From Planctomycetota bacterium (GTDB lineage Bacteria; Planctomycetota; JAJSAM01; JAJVHW01), in contig CBDFJG010000001.1 of the NCBI GenBank assembly GCA_965248445.1, forward strand, positions 32,001 through 96,000: a DNA stretch of 64,000 nt. Reading direction: 5' to 3'. Shown one piece after another: positions 19,772-29,424 of the stretch. Position 1 is the stretch's first letter. Each line of letters begins with the position of its first letter. Under the pieces are notes generated by a model. The model was given only the letters and a program-made list of their open reading frames with translations. It made no database searches and had not been told where the DNA came from. The translations under genes and the position numbers were made by a program.

Positions 19772-21124
19772 TCAGAAGTCTGTCCGGCTCGTGAAGCGGA
19801 AGCCGTCGACGCGCATCGCGGGCACGACCGTGTATCCCCCGAAGAGGGCGGAGCAGAGGTGCGGGTCGGCGGCCAGTCCGGAGACACGGCCGAGCGCCTC
19901 CACGAGCGACTGCGTGAACCGCATGTTGCGGACGGCGCGCGTCACCTTGCCATTCTCGATGAGGAACGTGCCGTTGCGCGTCATCCCCGTCAGCGTCAGC
20001 CGAGTCGGCTCGATCATGTTCGTGTAGTGGAATTCGGTGACGAGCACACCGCGGTCGACGTCGCGCACCAGGTCCTCGATGGACGCCTGCCCAGGGGAGA
20101 GAACGAGGTTGTGTGGCAACGGCCCCATCGCACTCGGCTGCGGCGTCGCGTGCCCCGTCGAGCGGCAGCCGTTGCGCCGCGCTGTCGCCCTATCGTGGAC
20201 GAGTCCGACAGCGACTCCCTCTTGGATCAGCGGCACCGGTGCGCGGGGCACGCCTTCCCCGTCGAACACGTGTCCGACCGTCATGGGGTGATACGCGTCG
20301 TCGCTGATCGTGATTCCGCTCGCGGCAACCATCTCACCCAGCTGGCCGGCGAGGAAGCTCGAGCCCTCCTCCACCTGCTGCGCACCGAAGCCCTTGTACG
20401 CGGCGAACAGGAGCAGCGACGCGACGGCCGACGGCTCGAGCACGACTGTGTAGTCACCCGGCCCCAAGTCGTCGGGCGACTCGCTGGCCAGCGCCTTGCC
20501 CACAGCCACCTTCGCAACGCGATCGAGGTCGAGTCCGTCCGGATCCGGGCGCATCGCGTCTGCCCAGCCCGCACCCTCCCCGCGAAACACGCTGAGGGAG
20601 ACCCTCGCGCGCGTGTCGAGGTCCCAGACCGAGAGGCCGCGGGAGTTCGCGACCAAGCGCAGGTCGTTGACTCCGCCGTGCGTTCCCGCCGCAGTGCAGT
20701 TCGCGTCCCGTGCCGCCGCGGTCAGCCGCGCCACGGAGTCCGCCGTGCGCTCCGGATCCGGCGTGAGCGGCGATCGTCGTCGCAAGCTGTACTGCTGCTC
20801 CCCCGGAAACGGCATGAGGTCCGGCCGGGGCGGTGCGTGCCGCGCCGCGATGCGGGCGCGCTCGACTGCGCGCAGCACCGCATCGTCTGTCGGCGTTCCG
20901 GTCGTGGCCTTGCCCTCGCGACCGTTCTCACGTACCCGCACGGCGATCCGCGAGGTTCTGCGCACCAGGTTCTGCACCGGGTGCTCTTCGACGAAGCGGT
21001 TCAGCTCCTCCTCGACCTGGCAGACGGTCACCTCGGTCTCGTCCGCGGCGGAACCGTTCAGTGCCACGTCGGCGAGGCGCTGTGCCCGGTCCGGATCAAG
21101 TTGTGCCCGGTCCGGATCCAGCAT
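19772..21124 (-). CDS. TldE/PmbA-family partner subunit
   Basis: PGDYTVVLEPSAV, FDGEGVPR, TGMTRNGTFLIENGK, NMRFTQS; no HExxH; adjacent to tldD. Confidence 0.88.
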   Translation of the reverse strand: MLDPDRAQLDPDRAQRLADVALNGSAADETEVTVCQVEEELNRFVEEHPVQNLVRRTSRIAVRVRENGREGKATTGTPTDDAVLRAVERARIAARHAPPRPDLMPFPGEQQYSLRRRSPLTPDPERTADSVARLTAAARDANCTAAGTHGGVNDLRLVANSRGLSVWDLDTRARVSLSVFRGEGAGWADAMRPDPDGLDLDRVAKVAVGKALASESPDDLGPGDYTVVLEPSAVASLLLFAAYKGFGAQQVEEGSSFLAGQLGEMVAASGITISDDAYHPMTVGHVFDGEGVPRAPVPLIQEGVAVGLVHDRATARRNGCRSTGHATPQPSAMGPLPHNLVLSPGQASIEDLVRDVDRGVLVTEFHYTNMIEPTRLTLTGMTRNGTFLIENGKVTRAVRNMRFTQSLVEALGRVSGLAADPHLCSALFGGYTVVPAMRVDGFRFTSRTDF

Positions 21125-21219
21125 GCCGCCTCCTCGCTGCCGCTCTCCCACCATTGCTCCCCCAACGCAGGTGGATCGTAGCGGCGGCGGGCCGGGCCGC
21201 GGCACCCCGAAGCTCAGCG

Positions 21220-23301
21220 CTACTCGGCGGCGTCGCGTTGCAGCTGATCGAGCACGGGATCGAGACGGCCGCCGGCTTCGCCAAACTGCCGGAACCGTTG
21301 TCGGACGGCCCTCTTGTCCTTCATCGCGAGCGCCGCACGGGCGAAGTGCTTGAGCGCCATGGCGTTGTCCGGGTGCTTGTCCAGGATGCTCTCGAGCCGC
21401 GTCACGCCGTTGGCACCCGACTCGCTACCCTGCGCCAGCGCCGCGGAGCGGACGATCGCCAGGCTGAGCGGACCGCCGTTCTTGTTCATGTGGGCGAGCG
21501 CCTGCTTGAGGATCAGTTCGACGGTCGCCTCGGCTCGCTCGGCCTCTTCCTCAGGCAGCGCGTGCACCGCATCCAACAGCATGTCGAGATACTCGCTCCG
21601 CCACGCGAGCCGCGACGGTTCGAGTGAGAGCGCGGCGCGATACCCCTGCTCGCACTCACGCAGACGGCCCAGCCCGCGGGCCGCGGCTCCGAGTAGCTGG
21701 AAGTACGGCGCGGCTTGACGGCGCGCGAGGAGAAGGCGCGCGTCCTCGTGCGCCTGTTCGTAACGGCGGGCAGCCAGCCGGGCCCGTGCTCGAAGCCAGA
21801 GAACGGCCTCCGGCACCTCGCCCGACTTCGCGAGCTGCGAGGCAGCGGTCTCCGCGCGGCCGACCGCTTCAACTGCGTCGTAGTCGGGCCCGGATCCGAG
21901 GAACCAGCGGGCTGCCACGACCGCCATCGCCGGATTCGACGGCGCTGCCTCGAGCCCGCGCCGGATCACGAGGCCACCCTCTTTGACGTGGCCACCGCTG
22001 CGCAGCGCGTGGAGATACGTCTCCGTCAATTCCACGTCCCCCGGCGCCGCTTCCCACTTGGTGCGAAGTCCGGCCAGCGGGTCGTCGGCGGTGCCGCCCG
22101 CCGCGTGCTCTACGAGCACCCTCCAGACGTCGGCGAGCGATGCGTCGATCTCGCCTCCCAACCGCACGTAGTCACGCAGCCAGCGGTAGCACTTCTCGCG
22201 GTACTCCCCCTCCTGACCGCCCTGCTTCCAGTCGTAGTAGATGACGGCGAGATTGCGCAGCACCTGCGGGTCGTTCGGGTCCTCGCCGAGCAGTTCCTGA
22301 TAGATGTCCGCCGCCTGATCGAGTCGGTCTGCGCGCACCAGCGCCCGCGCGCGAAGGACCCGGACGGAACGCAGGTTCCCCCACGACTTCATCAGCGGAT
22401 CCGTGGCCTCGACGATCTCCGGCCCACGCGCATTGGTGGCGATGAGCAACTGCACGTAGTTCTCACGCCACAGGCGGCTCTGCGGATGATTCTCCGGCAC
22501 GAGGTCCAGAGCCCCGCGGTACGCGGCCGTCGCCTCCTCGAGGCGTCCGCTCGCCTGCGCGGCATCGCCAAGCAGGATGTGGAACTTCGCGTCGCCGGGC
22601 CACCGCCGTACTGACTGTCGTGCCAGGTCCAGCGCCTGGAACCGCCGGCCCGAAGCGAGGCGGGCCTGGCCGAGCAGATACGACAGATAGTCATCCCGGA
22701 TCGCCGTCGGGTCCTCCGACGACGCGACGCGTTCACTGAGGGCGCGCGCTCGCTCGAGCAGTGTCTTGGCCTCGACGGCGTTCGGCTCCGGCAGCGAGAG
22801 GTGGTGTTGCGCCGCCAGAACGAGGAACCGCTCGTCGTAGCGCCGCGAGCCGTCGTCGCCGACGGTGGGGAGGATCAGCCGGCCGGCCTCGTCGACGCGA
22901 TCGAGCGCGCGGAGCGCCGCGTACTCGGCGGAGACCGGCCGCCATTCGTCCTGGTGCTCACGGCGCGCTTGCTGAGCCGACGCGAGAGCACCGGCGTAGG
23001 CCGCCTTGGCCTCCGCCGTGCGTCCGGCAGCTTGCACGGTCGCCGCCTCGCTGAACTGGATGACCGATTCGAGGTAGAGGCGCGCGGGAGCAGAGATCTC
23101 GGGACCCAGTCGCTCGAGCTCGGCGCGCGCGCCGTCCGGTCCGCCCCCCTTGTTCGGCGCCAGCCGCAGGGTGTGCTCGACGCGGAGAACCTCCTGCGCG
23201 TCGAACCCCGGCCCCTCGAACGAACGATCCCGCCCGAGCATCCAGAAGATGCCGACTGCGAGGACGATCAAGAGAAGCACGAGCGGCAGGACGCGGCGCA
23301 T
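21220..23301 (-). CDS. Membrane-anchored tetratricopeptide-repeat protein
   Basis: N-terminal TM/signal; repeats such as LLGDAAQASGRLEEATAAYRGALDLVPEN and YQELLGEDPNDPQVLRNLAVIY. Confidence 0.8.
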   Translation of the reverse strand: MRRVLPLVLLLIVLAVGIFWMLGRDRSFEGPGFDAQEVLRVEHTLRLAPNKGGGPDGARAELERLGPEISAPARLYLESVIQFSEAATVQAAGRTAEAKAAYAGALASAQQARREHQDEWRPVSAEYAALRALDRVDEAGRLILPTVGDDGSRRYDERFLVLAAQHHLSLPEPNAVEAKTLLERARALSERVASSEDPTAIRDDYLSYLLGQARLASGRRFQALDLARQSVRRWPGDAKFHILLGDAAQASGRLEEATAAYRGALDLVPENHPQSRLWRENYVQLLIATNARGPEIVEATDPLMKSWGNLRSVRVLRARALVRADRLDQAADIYQELLGEDPNDPQVLRNLAVIYYDWKQGGQEGEYREKCYRWLRDYVRLGGEIDASLADVWRVLVEHAAGGTADDPLAGLRTKWEAAPGDVELTETYLHALRSGGHVKEGGLVIRRGLEAAPSNPAMAVVAARWFLGSGPDYDAVEAVGRAETAASQLAKSGEVPEAVLWLRARARLAARRYEQAHEDARLLLARRQAAPYFQLLGAAARGLGRLRECEQGYRAALSLEPSRLAWRSEYLDMLLDAVHALPEEEAERAEATVELILKQALAHMNKNGGPLSLAIVRSAALAQGSESGANGVTRLESILDKHPDNAMALKHFARAALAMKDKRAVRQRFRQFGEAGGRLDPVLDQLQRDAAE

Positions 23302-23537
23302 AGGCGAATCGTAGCAGCGCCCTCGGGGAGCCCCCTCTGCTACCGAGGGGCCGGGCAACTGCGGCAGTACGATGGATCTTCGCCGTCGCGGCGGGCCCGC
23401 CGTGTGCTGACCGGATCGGGGGTTTACCGGGTCGAAGGTGCGGCGGTCATCCGTCTTCCTGAGGGTCGGTCAGACTTGTTCCTGCGGTCAGACCGGGGAT
23501 TCTGGGACGGGAGGGATCGCTGCACCAACGGACCGGG

Positions 23538-24482
23538 ATGGACCTCGAGCCACGGGCGGGAGCCGGACTCACGCGCCGGGCGCTGCTGTCCGCGTCCATG
23601 GCGGCGATCGTCCTGAGCGCGTGTCGTCGCGCCCCGCTCGTGATCGGACGCCCGGGGGTCGAGCGGGGCGGCGCGTTCCGTCATCCGCGCGCGGTGGCTG
23701 CGTCGCACCACGGACTGGCAGTGCTGGATCGCACCGGGCGACTCCAGATCCTCGATCTCGACGGCAACTTCGTGCGGCAGTTCGCCGTGGCGCCGGACGG
23801 CAGCCGCCGCGGCCTACCGATCGGCGTGACCTGGCTCCCGGACGGAGCGCTGGCCGTCGCGGACACGCACCAAAGCCGCGTCCGCGTCTACGACACCTCT
23901 GGAGAGACACTCCGAACGGTCGGAGGATACGGACTCGAGCCCGGGCAGTTCCTCGCGCCCCAGCGCATCGTCCCCACCAGTGGCGGAGGCCTGCTCGTGA
24001 GCGATCACGGGCTGGGCAAGACCAATCGCGTACAGGTCCTCGACGCCAACGGCAACGCGCTCCTGGTCATGGGCGGCCCGGAGCCGGAGGACGGCGGCCT
24101 GGCCCGCCCGATGGGCGTGCTCGAGACCGACGCGGGTTATCTGGTCGCCGACCAGCGCGCGGGACTGGTGACGTTCGACTCGGCAGGAGAACTCTCGGGA
24201 CCTCCGAGCGGTTGGCCTGCGGAGTGGGACGGGATGACCTACGGACTGACGCGCGACGACGAGGGCTCGCTGTACGTGTCGGATCTCGCCGCAAACCGCA
24301 TCCTTCGTCTCGATTCGCAGGGGACCCCGACGGGTACCTTCGGCAGCCAGGGCCGCGACGCAGGACTGTTCGTGGACCCGTGGGACGTCCAATGGCACGC
24401 GGGACAGCTCTACGTGGCCGACTCGGGGAATCACAGGGTGCAGCGGATCGACGCGCAGCGCGCGGGGTGGAAGGACGTATGA
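23538..24482 (+). CDS. NHL-repeat beta-propeller protein, possible Tat-exported lipoprotein
   Basis: LTRRALL...IVLSAC signal; repeats G.F..P.......L.VAD....RV.V.D, e.g. LYVADSGNHRVQ. Confidence 0.85.
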   Translation: MDLEPRAGAGLTRRALLSASMAAIVLSACRRAPLVIGRPGVERGGAFRHPRAVAASHHGLAVLDRTGRLQILDLDGNFVRQFAVAPDGSRRGLPIGVTWLPDGALAVADTHQSRVRVYDTSGETLRTVGGYGLEPGQFLAPQRIVPTSGGGLLVSDHGLGKTNRVQVLDANGNALLVMGGPEPEDGGLARPMGVLETDAGYLVADQRAGLVTFDSAGELSGPPSGWPAEWDGMTYGLTRDDEGSLYVSDLAANRILRLDSQGTPTGTFGSQGRDAGLFVDPWDVQWHAGQLYVADSGNHRVQRIDAQRAGWKDV

Positions 24483-26698
24483 GCAGCAGTTTCCCCCGAA
24501 TCGGCGGGATGACGTTCCGGGCGATGACGGCCGGCGCGCTCGTCCGATCGCTGCTCGCGGCGCTGGTGCTTGCAGCGATCCCGGCCGCTGCGTTCGCGGA
24601 TGTGGACGTCCGCACCGAGATGGGCCACGCCGGCTCGTGGACCGAGGACGTGAACGCGCCGGTCACGGTGCAGCTGCGCAACTCGGGGAGTTCGCCGGTG
24701 GTCGTGCGCATCGCACTGAGCGATTCGGACCGCTTCTCCGGTGGCTCATACCGGCACGAGAGAAGCGTCGCACTCGGCCCGGGCGCCGTCCGCCGCGAGG
24801 TGTTCCTGGTCCCCGGGCCGACCACGTTCTCCTCGTCTCTCACAGTCGCTCTGACGACGGAGCCACGTACGACGATTCAGGCCGGCGGAACCGCGTTCAC
24901 TCGCGGAGTCGCGTCGGTTGCGGTGACCAACGAGCTCGCGCGCGGCGGACGGGTGCCGCTCTCGGGCCGCATCATCGGCGTCTTGGCGGAGGGCGGCGTC
25001 AGCGCGTTCGCCGACCCGCTGCGCCGCGCTTCCGGCGTGTGGGTAGAAGGCGACGAGATCGACACCGTGGCGGTCATCAGCGTCGATCCCGCAATGCTGT
25101 CGATCGCGCCGTTGGCGCTCGCGGGCCTCGACGCCCTCGTCGTCGTCGCTCCTTCGGCCGGATTCGCCGTCGACGCCCGGGAGCGAGAGGGCCTGCTGGC
25201 GTGGGTCGCGCTGGGCGGCCGGCTCGTGTTCGGTTCGCCGGAGGATCTCGCAGGCGTGGCCCGCGGACCACTTGGGCCAGAGCTTCCGGCCGACGTCACC
25301 TCGATCGGGCGGCAGTCGTACTCCGCGTTCCTGACCGCGCACACCGATCTGCTGCCCGCGAAGCTGCGTCCCAAGCTCCCCCCGAAGTCCACCGCCGGTC
25401 CGTTCGCGGAGCTGCGTCCACGGCCCGGCGGCCGCGCCACCGGCATCGCGTTCGGCGGCGGCCGCTCGCGGGTCGAGCGCGCGTTCGGCCAGGGAACGAT
25501 CGTGATGCTGGCGTACGACCTGCGCCCGGCACTCAGCGCCGCGGACGTGCAGGGCGGGCGGTACGCCGAACGGCTGGCGACAGAGATCACCGGCCGCGAG
25601 GCGCCGATGTCGTACGCCACGCTGCGTGACCAGGCGCTCGACTTCGGGATGTCCCGGCGCGTCGATGTGGACACCGAGTTGCAGAGCGTGCTCTCGCACG
25701 GGGCGTTCGCGCCACCGCCGTTCCCCCTGGTTCTGGGCGCGCTGCTGCTCTACGTCATCGCCGTCGGCCCGCTCGACTACCTCGTCCTCAAGCGCCTCGG
25801 GAAGCAGCGTCTGACCACCTTCACGTTCGCTGCCTCGGTGATCGTGTTCACGGCGCTCGCATACGGCGCCTCGTTCCTCGTCTTCGCCCGCGGCGCGGTG
25901 GTCAACCGCGTCGTGTTCGTGGACCTGGCCAGTGCCGGGGCCGACGGGCAGGCACTCGCGCGCGTCACGGATCTCGCCGGGTTCTACTCGCCGGTCGGCT
26001 CGACGACCGAGCTCAGCTACTCGTTGCCCGCCGCGATCGGCGGCTCGGGTCTGCCCGGATCCGTGTCCACCGGTGATATCGGGCGGTCGCTCGCCATCGC
26101 GATCGAGGGAACGGCTCCCACGCAGCCCCGGGCGCGAGTCGAGGTCGCGTTCCGGTCGCAGCGCAACGTGTGCTCCGTGCTAGCCGGCCCGAGCGCGCGG
26201 TCGGTCGACGTGCTCATCAAGCGGTCCGGCGCAGCGACTTCTGCAGAGGTCACAAACGGACTGCCCGTGGCACTCCACGAGGTCGCGCTCATCGCACCGA
26301 ACGGGCGCGGCCAGTACGACGTGGGCGACATCGCGCCAGGCGAGACGGTCACGATCCCGCTCGGCGCACTGAATCGCGCACGCGGCTCTCGATTCGCCAG
26401 CGGCCAGCAGGACCTCGGCGGAGGTGAGGCCGAGCGGGAGGTGAGGACGTTCCTCACCTTCCTCTCGCGAGTTGGCACGATCGGCATCGACGGCGCCCCG
26501 CCGCGCAAGAACGAGATGCCGGCCGTCGATCCCAATCGCGCGGTCCAGCTGGCGAAGTCGGGGATCGGGCACGGGGACGCGCTCGCCCGCGGACGCGCGC
26601 TCCTGATCGGGTTCGCGGACGAGTCGCCCTTTCCGCTTCCCGCGGATGACGAGAACGGCCGCACCTACGTCGTGGTGCGCAAGGAGATCGATCTGTGA
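24479..26698 (+). CDS. Membrane protein with a GATase-like domain, typical of ABC/MoxR operons
   Basis: Signal-like N-terminus; LAGLDALVV...LLAWVALGGRLV; LLLYVIAVGPLDYLVLKRLGK; ATGA overlap with the upstream gene. Confidence 0.75.
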   Translation: MSSSFPRIGGMTFRAMTAGALVRSLLAALVLAAIPAAAFADVDVRTEMGHAGSWTEDVNAPVTVQLRNSGSSPVVVRIALSDSDRFSGGSYRHERSVALGPGAVRREVFLVPGPTTFSSSLTVALTTEPRTTIQAGGTAFTRGVASVAVTNELARGGRVPLSGRIIGVLAEGGVSAFADPLRRASGVWVEGDEIDTVAVISVDPAMLSIAPLALAGLDALVVVAPSAGFAVDAREREGLLAWVALGGRLVFGSPEDLAGVARGPLGPELPADVTSIGRQSYSAFLTAHTDLLPAKLRPKLPPKSTAGPFAELRPRPGGRATGIAFGGGRSRVERAFGQGTIVMLAYDLRPALSAADVQGGRYAERLATEITGREAPMSYATLRDQALDFGMSRRVDVDTELQSVLSHGAFAPPPFPLVLGALLLYVIAVGPLDYLVLKRLGKQRLTTFTFAASVIVFTALAYGASFLVFARGAVVNRVVFVDLASAGADGQALARVTDLAGFYSPVGSTTELSYSLPAAIGGSGLPGSVSTGDIGRSLAIAIEGTAPTQPRARVEVAFRSQRNVCSVLAGPSARSVDVLIKRSGAATSAEVTNGLPVALHEVALIAPNGRGQYDVGDIAPGETVTIPLGALNRARGSRFASGQQDLGGGEAEREVRTFLTFLSRVGTIGIDGAPPRKNEMPAVDPNRAVQLAKSGIGHGDALARGRALLIGFADESPFPLPADDENGRTYVVVRKEIDL

Positions 26699-27651
26699 CG
26701 CCCGCCATCGAGACCCGTGGACTCACCAAGGTCTACCGCGGCGTCACCGCCGTGCGCGATCTGGACCTCGTCATCGAGGCGGGCGACGCATTCGGGTTCA
26801 TCGGACCGAACGGAGCCGGCAAGTCGACCACGATCAAGATCCTGGCGACGCTCGTCCGGCCGAGCGGGGGCAGCGCCAAGGTGAACGGGACGGACGTGCG
26901 CCTGTCGCCCGAGCGCGTGAAACCGCAGATCGGCTACATGCCCGACGTGCTGGGCGTTTACGACGACATGCTCGTCGGCGAGTACCTCGAGTTCTTCGCC
27001 GCGGCGTATCGGATCCGCGGGCAGGCACGGGCCAGCAAGATCGACGAGGTCCTCGAGCTGACCGACTTGACCGCGAAGCGCCACGCGCCCGTCATGGGGC
27101 TCTCCCGCGGAATGGGACAGCGGCTCGGACTCGCGCGCTGCCTGCTGCACGATCCGAACGTCTTGCTGCTCGACGAACCGGCCGCCGGTCTCGATCCGCG
27201 GGCGCGCATCGAGTTCAAGGAACTCGTGAGCCACTTGCGCGCGCTGAACAAGACGCTCCTGATCTCGAGTCACATCCTCGGTGAGATCGGAGAGATGTGC
27301 AACACGATCGGGATCATCGAGACGGGGCGTCTCCTATTCGCGGGACCGATCACCGAAGCACGCAAGCGGCTCGGCACCGAACGCGTGGTGCGGGTTCGCG
27401 TGCTCGAGGAGGCCGAGGACGATCGCGAGGTGAACGCGCTGACCGACATCCTGCGCGCACACCCGGAGGTCGAAGCGACCAAGCGCGGCGGTGAAGGAGA
27501 GCTGCTCGTCCGTGTGCGCACCGAGGTCGTCGACATCGCGTTCATCGCCAAGGAAGTCGTGCACGCCGGGCTCAAGCTGGTTCACCTCGAGGAGACGTCG
27601 CTCAGCGTGGAGGACATCTTCCTCCAGGTGACCAAGGGCGAGGTCGCGTAG
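26695..27651 (+). CDS. ABC transporter ATP-binding protein
   Basis: GPNGAGKST, LSRGMGQR, LLLDEPAAGLDP, LISSH. Confidence 0.95.
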   Translation: MTPAIETRGLTKVYRGVTAVRDLDLVIEAGDAFGFIGPNGAGKSTTIKILATLVRPSGGSAKVNGTDVRLSPERVKPQIGYMPDVLGVYDDMLVGEYLEFFAAAYRIRGQARASKIDEVLELTDLTAKRHAPVMGLSRGMGQRLGLARCLLHDPNVLLLDEPAAGLDPRARIEFKELVSHLRALNKTLLISSHILGEIGEMCNTIGIIETGRLLFAGPITEARKRLGTERVVRVRVLEEAEDDREVNALTDILRAHPEVEATKRGGEGELLVRVRTEVVDIAFIAKEVVHAGLKLVHLEETSLSVEDIFLQVTKGEVA

Positions 27652-27660
27652 CCCCGGTCG

Positions 27661-29331
27661 ATGAACCTGCCCCGGCCGGCCGCCTGGCGTATGCCGATCG
27701 ACGTGATCGCCGGCACCCGCGCCGTGTTCGAGCGAGACTTCATCGTCTACACGTCGCAACGGCGGTTCATCGTGATGCGCACGATCGCCATCGCGCTCGC
27801 CGCCGCGATCACCGCAGCCGTGCTCCTGGGCAACCTGCGCGCCGAGGCCGGCGCGATGGGCAAGTACATCATGACCAGCATGGCCATCACGGTCCCGGCG
27901 CTCGTGCTCCTGCTCGCCCCGGCGATGGCGGCGTCGTGCATCTCCGGAGAGCGCGCCGTGCGAACGCTCGACCTCGTCCTCGCAGCCCCGGTCACGCCGG
28001 CGTCGTTCGTTCTCGCCAAGTTCGCATCCAGACTCGCGACGGTGCTGGTGATCGTGTTCGCAACGCTGCCCGTGTCCGCACTCGCGCTGCTGTACGGAGG
28101 CGTCGCGCCCGCACTGTTCCTCGAGGTGTACCTCTTCTCGACCGCGTGCGCCGTGCTCGGCGTCGCAGCGGGCGTCGTCAGTTCCGCGTACTCGCGAGGC
28201 GTAGCCGCTTCCGTGCTACGCGCGTACTCGATCGCCATCCTGCTTCCGGGGCTCTACGTCGGGCTGCTCGTGGTCGCGGCCATCGTGCTGCGCAACACGG
28301 GTTGGATGAACAGCCCGGACTTCGAGGCCTTGGTGGCGCCGAGCCCGTACGGCGCGTGGACGTTCATGATCGTGCAGATTCAGGGCGTTGGACTCGCGAC
28401 AGGGGCCGTCGGCGCGGCGAGCGGGATCATGATCGGAGTGTCGGGGGTCTGTCTTCTCCTGGCGATGTGGCGCATGGGCCGCGAGTCCGAGGTGCGCACG
28501 GCGCCCGGGAGGGCAACGAAAGTGCGCAAGTCGCGCGTGCCGCTCGAGCGCCCGGCACTGGCGCGCGCCCTGCGTGGCAGCCTGCTCCTACGGCCGACCC
28601 GGGCCACCAAGCTGTTCACCATGGCGGTGCTGATCGCGTGGGGAATCGTGCTGTGGCTCGTCCTCGAAGAGGGGGGCAACGGCCAGGAGTGGGGACACCT
28701 CGGCATGCTCGTCTCGCTGACGGCGCTGCTGGTGCTACGCGTACTGGCGACGTCGCCGTCCCACCTCGCTGGGGCCCGGCGCGCCGGGAGCATGGCCCTC
28801 ATGCTCACGTCACCGGTCGGCCCAGCCGACGTGGTGCACGACGAGTTCGCGGCGGCGTACGGCAACATGTTGCCGCTCCTGATCCTGGGCGTGCTGCACG
28901 CCGCCGTCGCGACCTTCTTCGGACCGCTGCTGCATGAGGCCGCTCTGGCGTGGCTCGCGACAACGACGGTGTACATCGGCCTGGCCGCCGCGATCGGGCT
29001 GCGCATCGGCGCGACTGCAACGTCCGCCGGCCGCGCGGTCCTGCGCACGTTCGCCGTTTTCCTGGGAGGCAGCGTCCTGATCGGTGTCGCCGGCATCGTG
29101 GTCGGGATGGCGACGAACTCGATGAGTGAAGAGTCCATGTTCTGGTTCGGCGCTGCCCCCGTCGTCACCCTCGTCGGCATGCCGCTCTCCACGCTGGGCG
29201 TGACGCTGTCCACCGGCCGCGATGACCTGGCCGTTCCGATCGCGTGCGGCGGCTGGCTCATCCTGCATGGGCTGTGCATCCCGTTCCTGCTGCGTGCCGC
29301 CGTCTCGAAACTGGGCCAGAACGCGGAATGA
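27661..29331 (+). CDS. ABC-2-type permease (duplicated membrane domain)
   Basis: Many TM helices; LLAPAMAASCISGERAVRTLDLVLAAPVTP...VLAKF motif. Confidence 0.82.
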   Translation: MNLPRPAAWRMPIDVIAGTRAVFERDFIVYTSQRRFIVMRTIAIALAAAITAAVLLGNLRAEAGAMGKYIMTSMAITVPALVLLLAPAMAASCISGERAVRTLDLVLAAPVTPASFVLAKFASRLATVLVIVFATLPVSALALLYGGVAPALFLEVYLFSTACAVLGVAAGVVSSAYSRGVAASVLRAYSIAILLPGLYVGLLVVAAIVLRNTGWMNSPDFEALVAPSPYGAWTFMIVQIQGVGLATGAVGAASGIMIGVSGVCLLLAMWRMGRESEVRTAPGRATKVRKSRVPLERPALARALRGSLLLRPTRATKLFTMAVLIAWGIVLWLVLEEGGNGQEWGHLGMLVSLTALLVLRVLATSPSHLAGARRAGSMALMLTSPVGPADVVHDEFAAAYGNMLPLLILGVLHAAVATFFGPLLHEAALAWLATTTVYIGLAAAIGLRIGATATSAGRAVLRTFAVFLGGSVLIGVAGIVVGMATNSMSEESMFWFGAAPVVTLVGMPLSTLGVTLSTGRDDLAVPIACGGWLILHGLCIPFLLRAAVSKLGQNAE

Positions 29332-29424
29332 GGGCACCGAACCCCCGGGCTGCGCGTCTGTTAATCTGAGAGGGGGCAGTTCCGCTGCCCCACCGACCTG
29401 CCGATATCAGCCTCAGGAGGGCGT

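Noticed and set aside
18308..21181. 957-aa plus-strand ORF and similar long overlapping ORFs (10218-11669, 14563-16122, 35534-37297, 53595-55886)
   Set aside because: Antisense shadows of well-supported genes in high-GC DNA, with no motifs.
23438..24478. N-terminal extensions of the ORF-track calls at 23438, 32085, 34325 and 43637
   Set aside because: Arg/Pro-rich off-frame read of the upstream gene; real starts are at the overlaps (24479, 32775, 35687, 44264).
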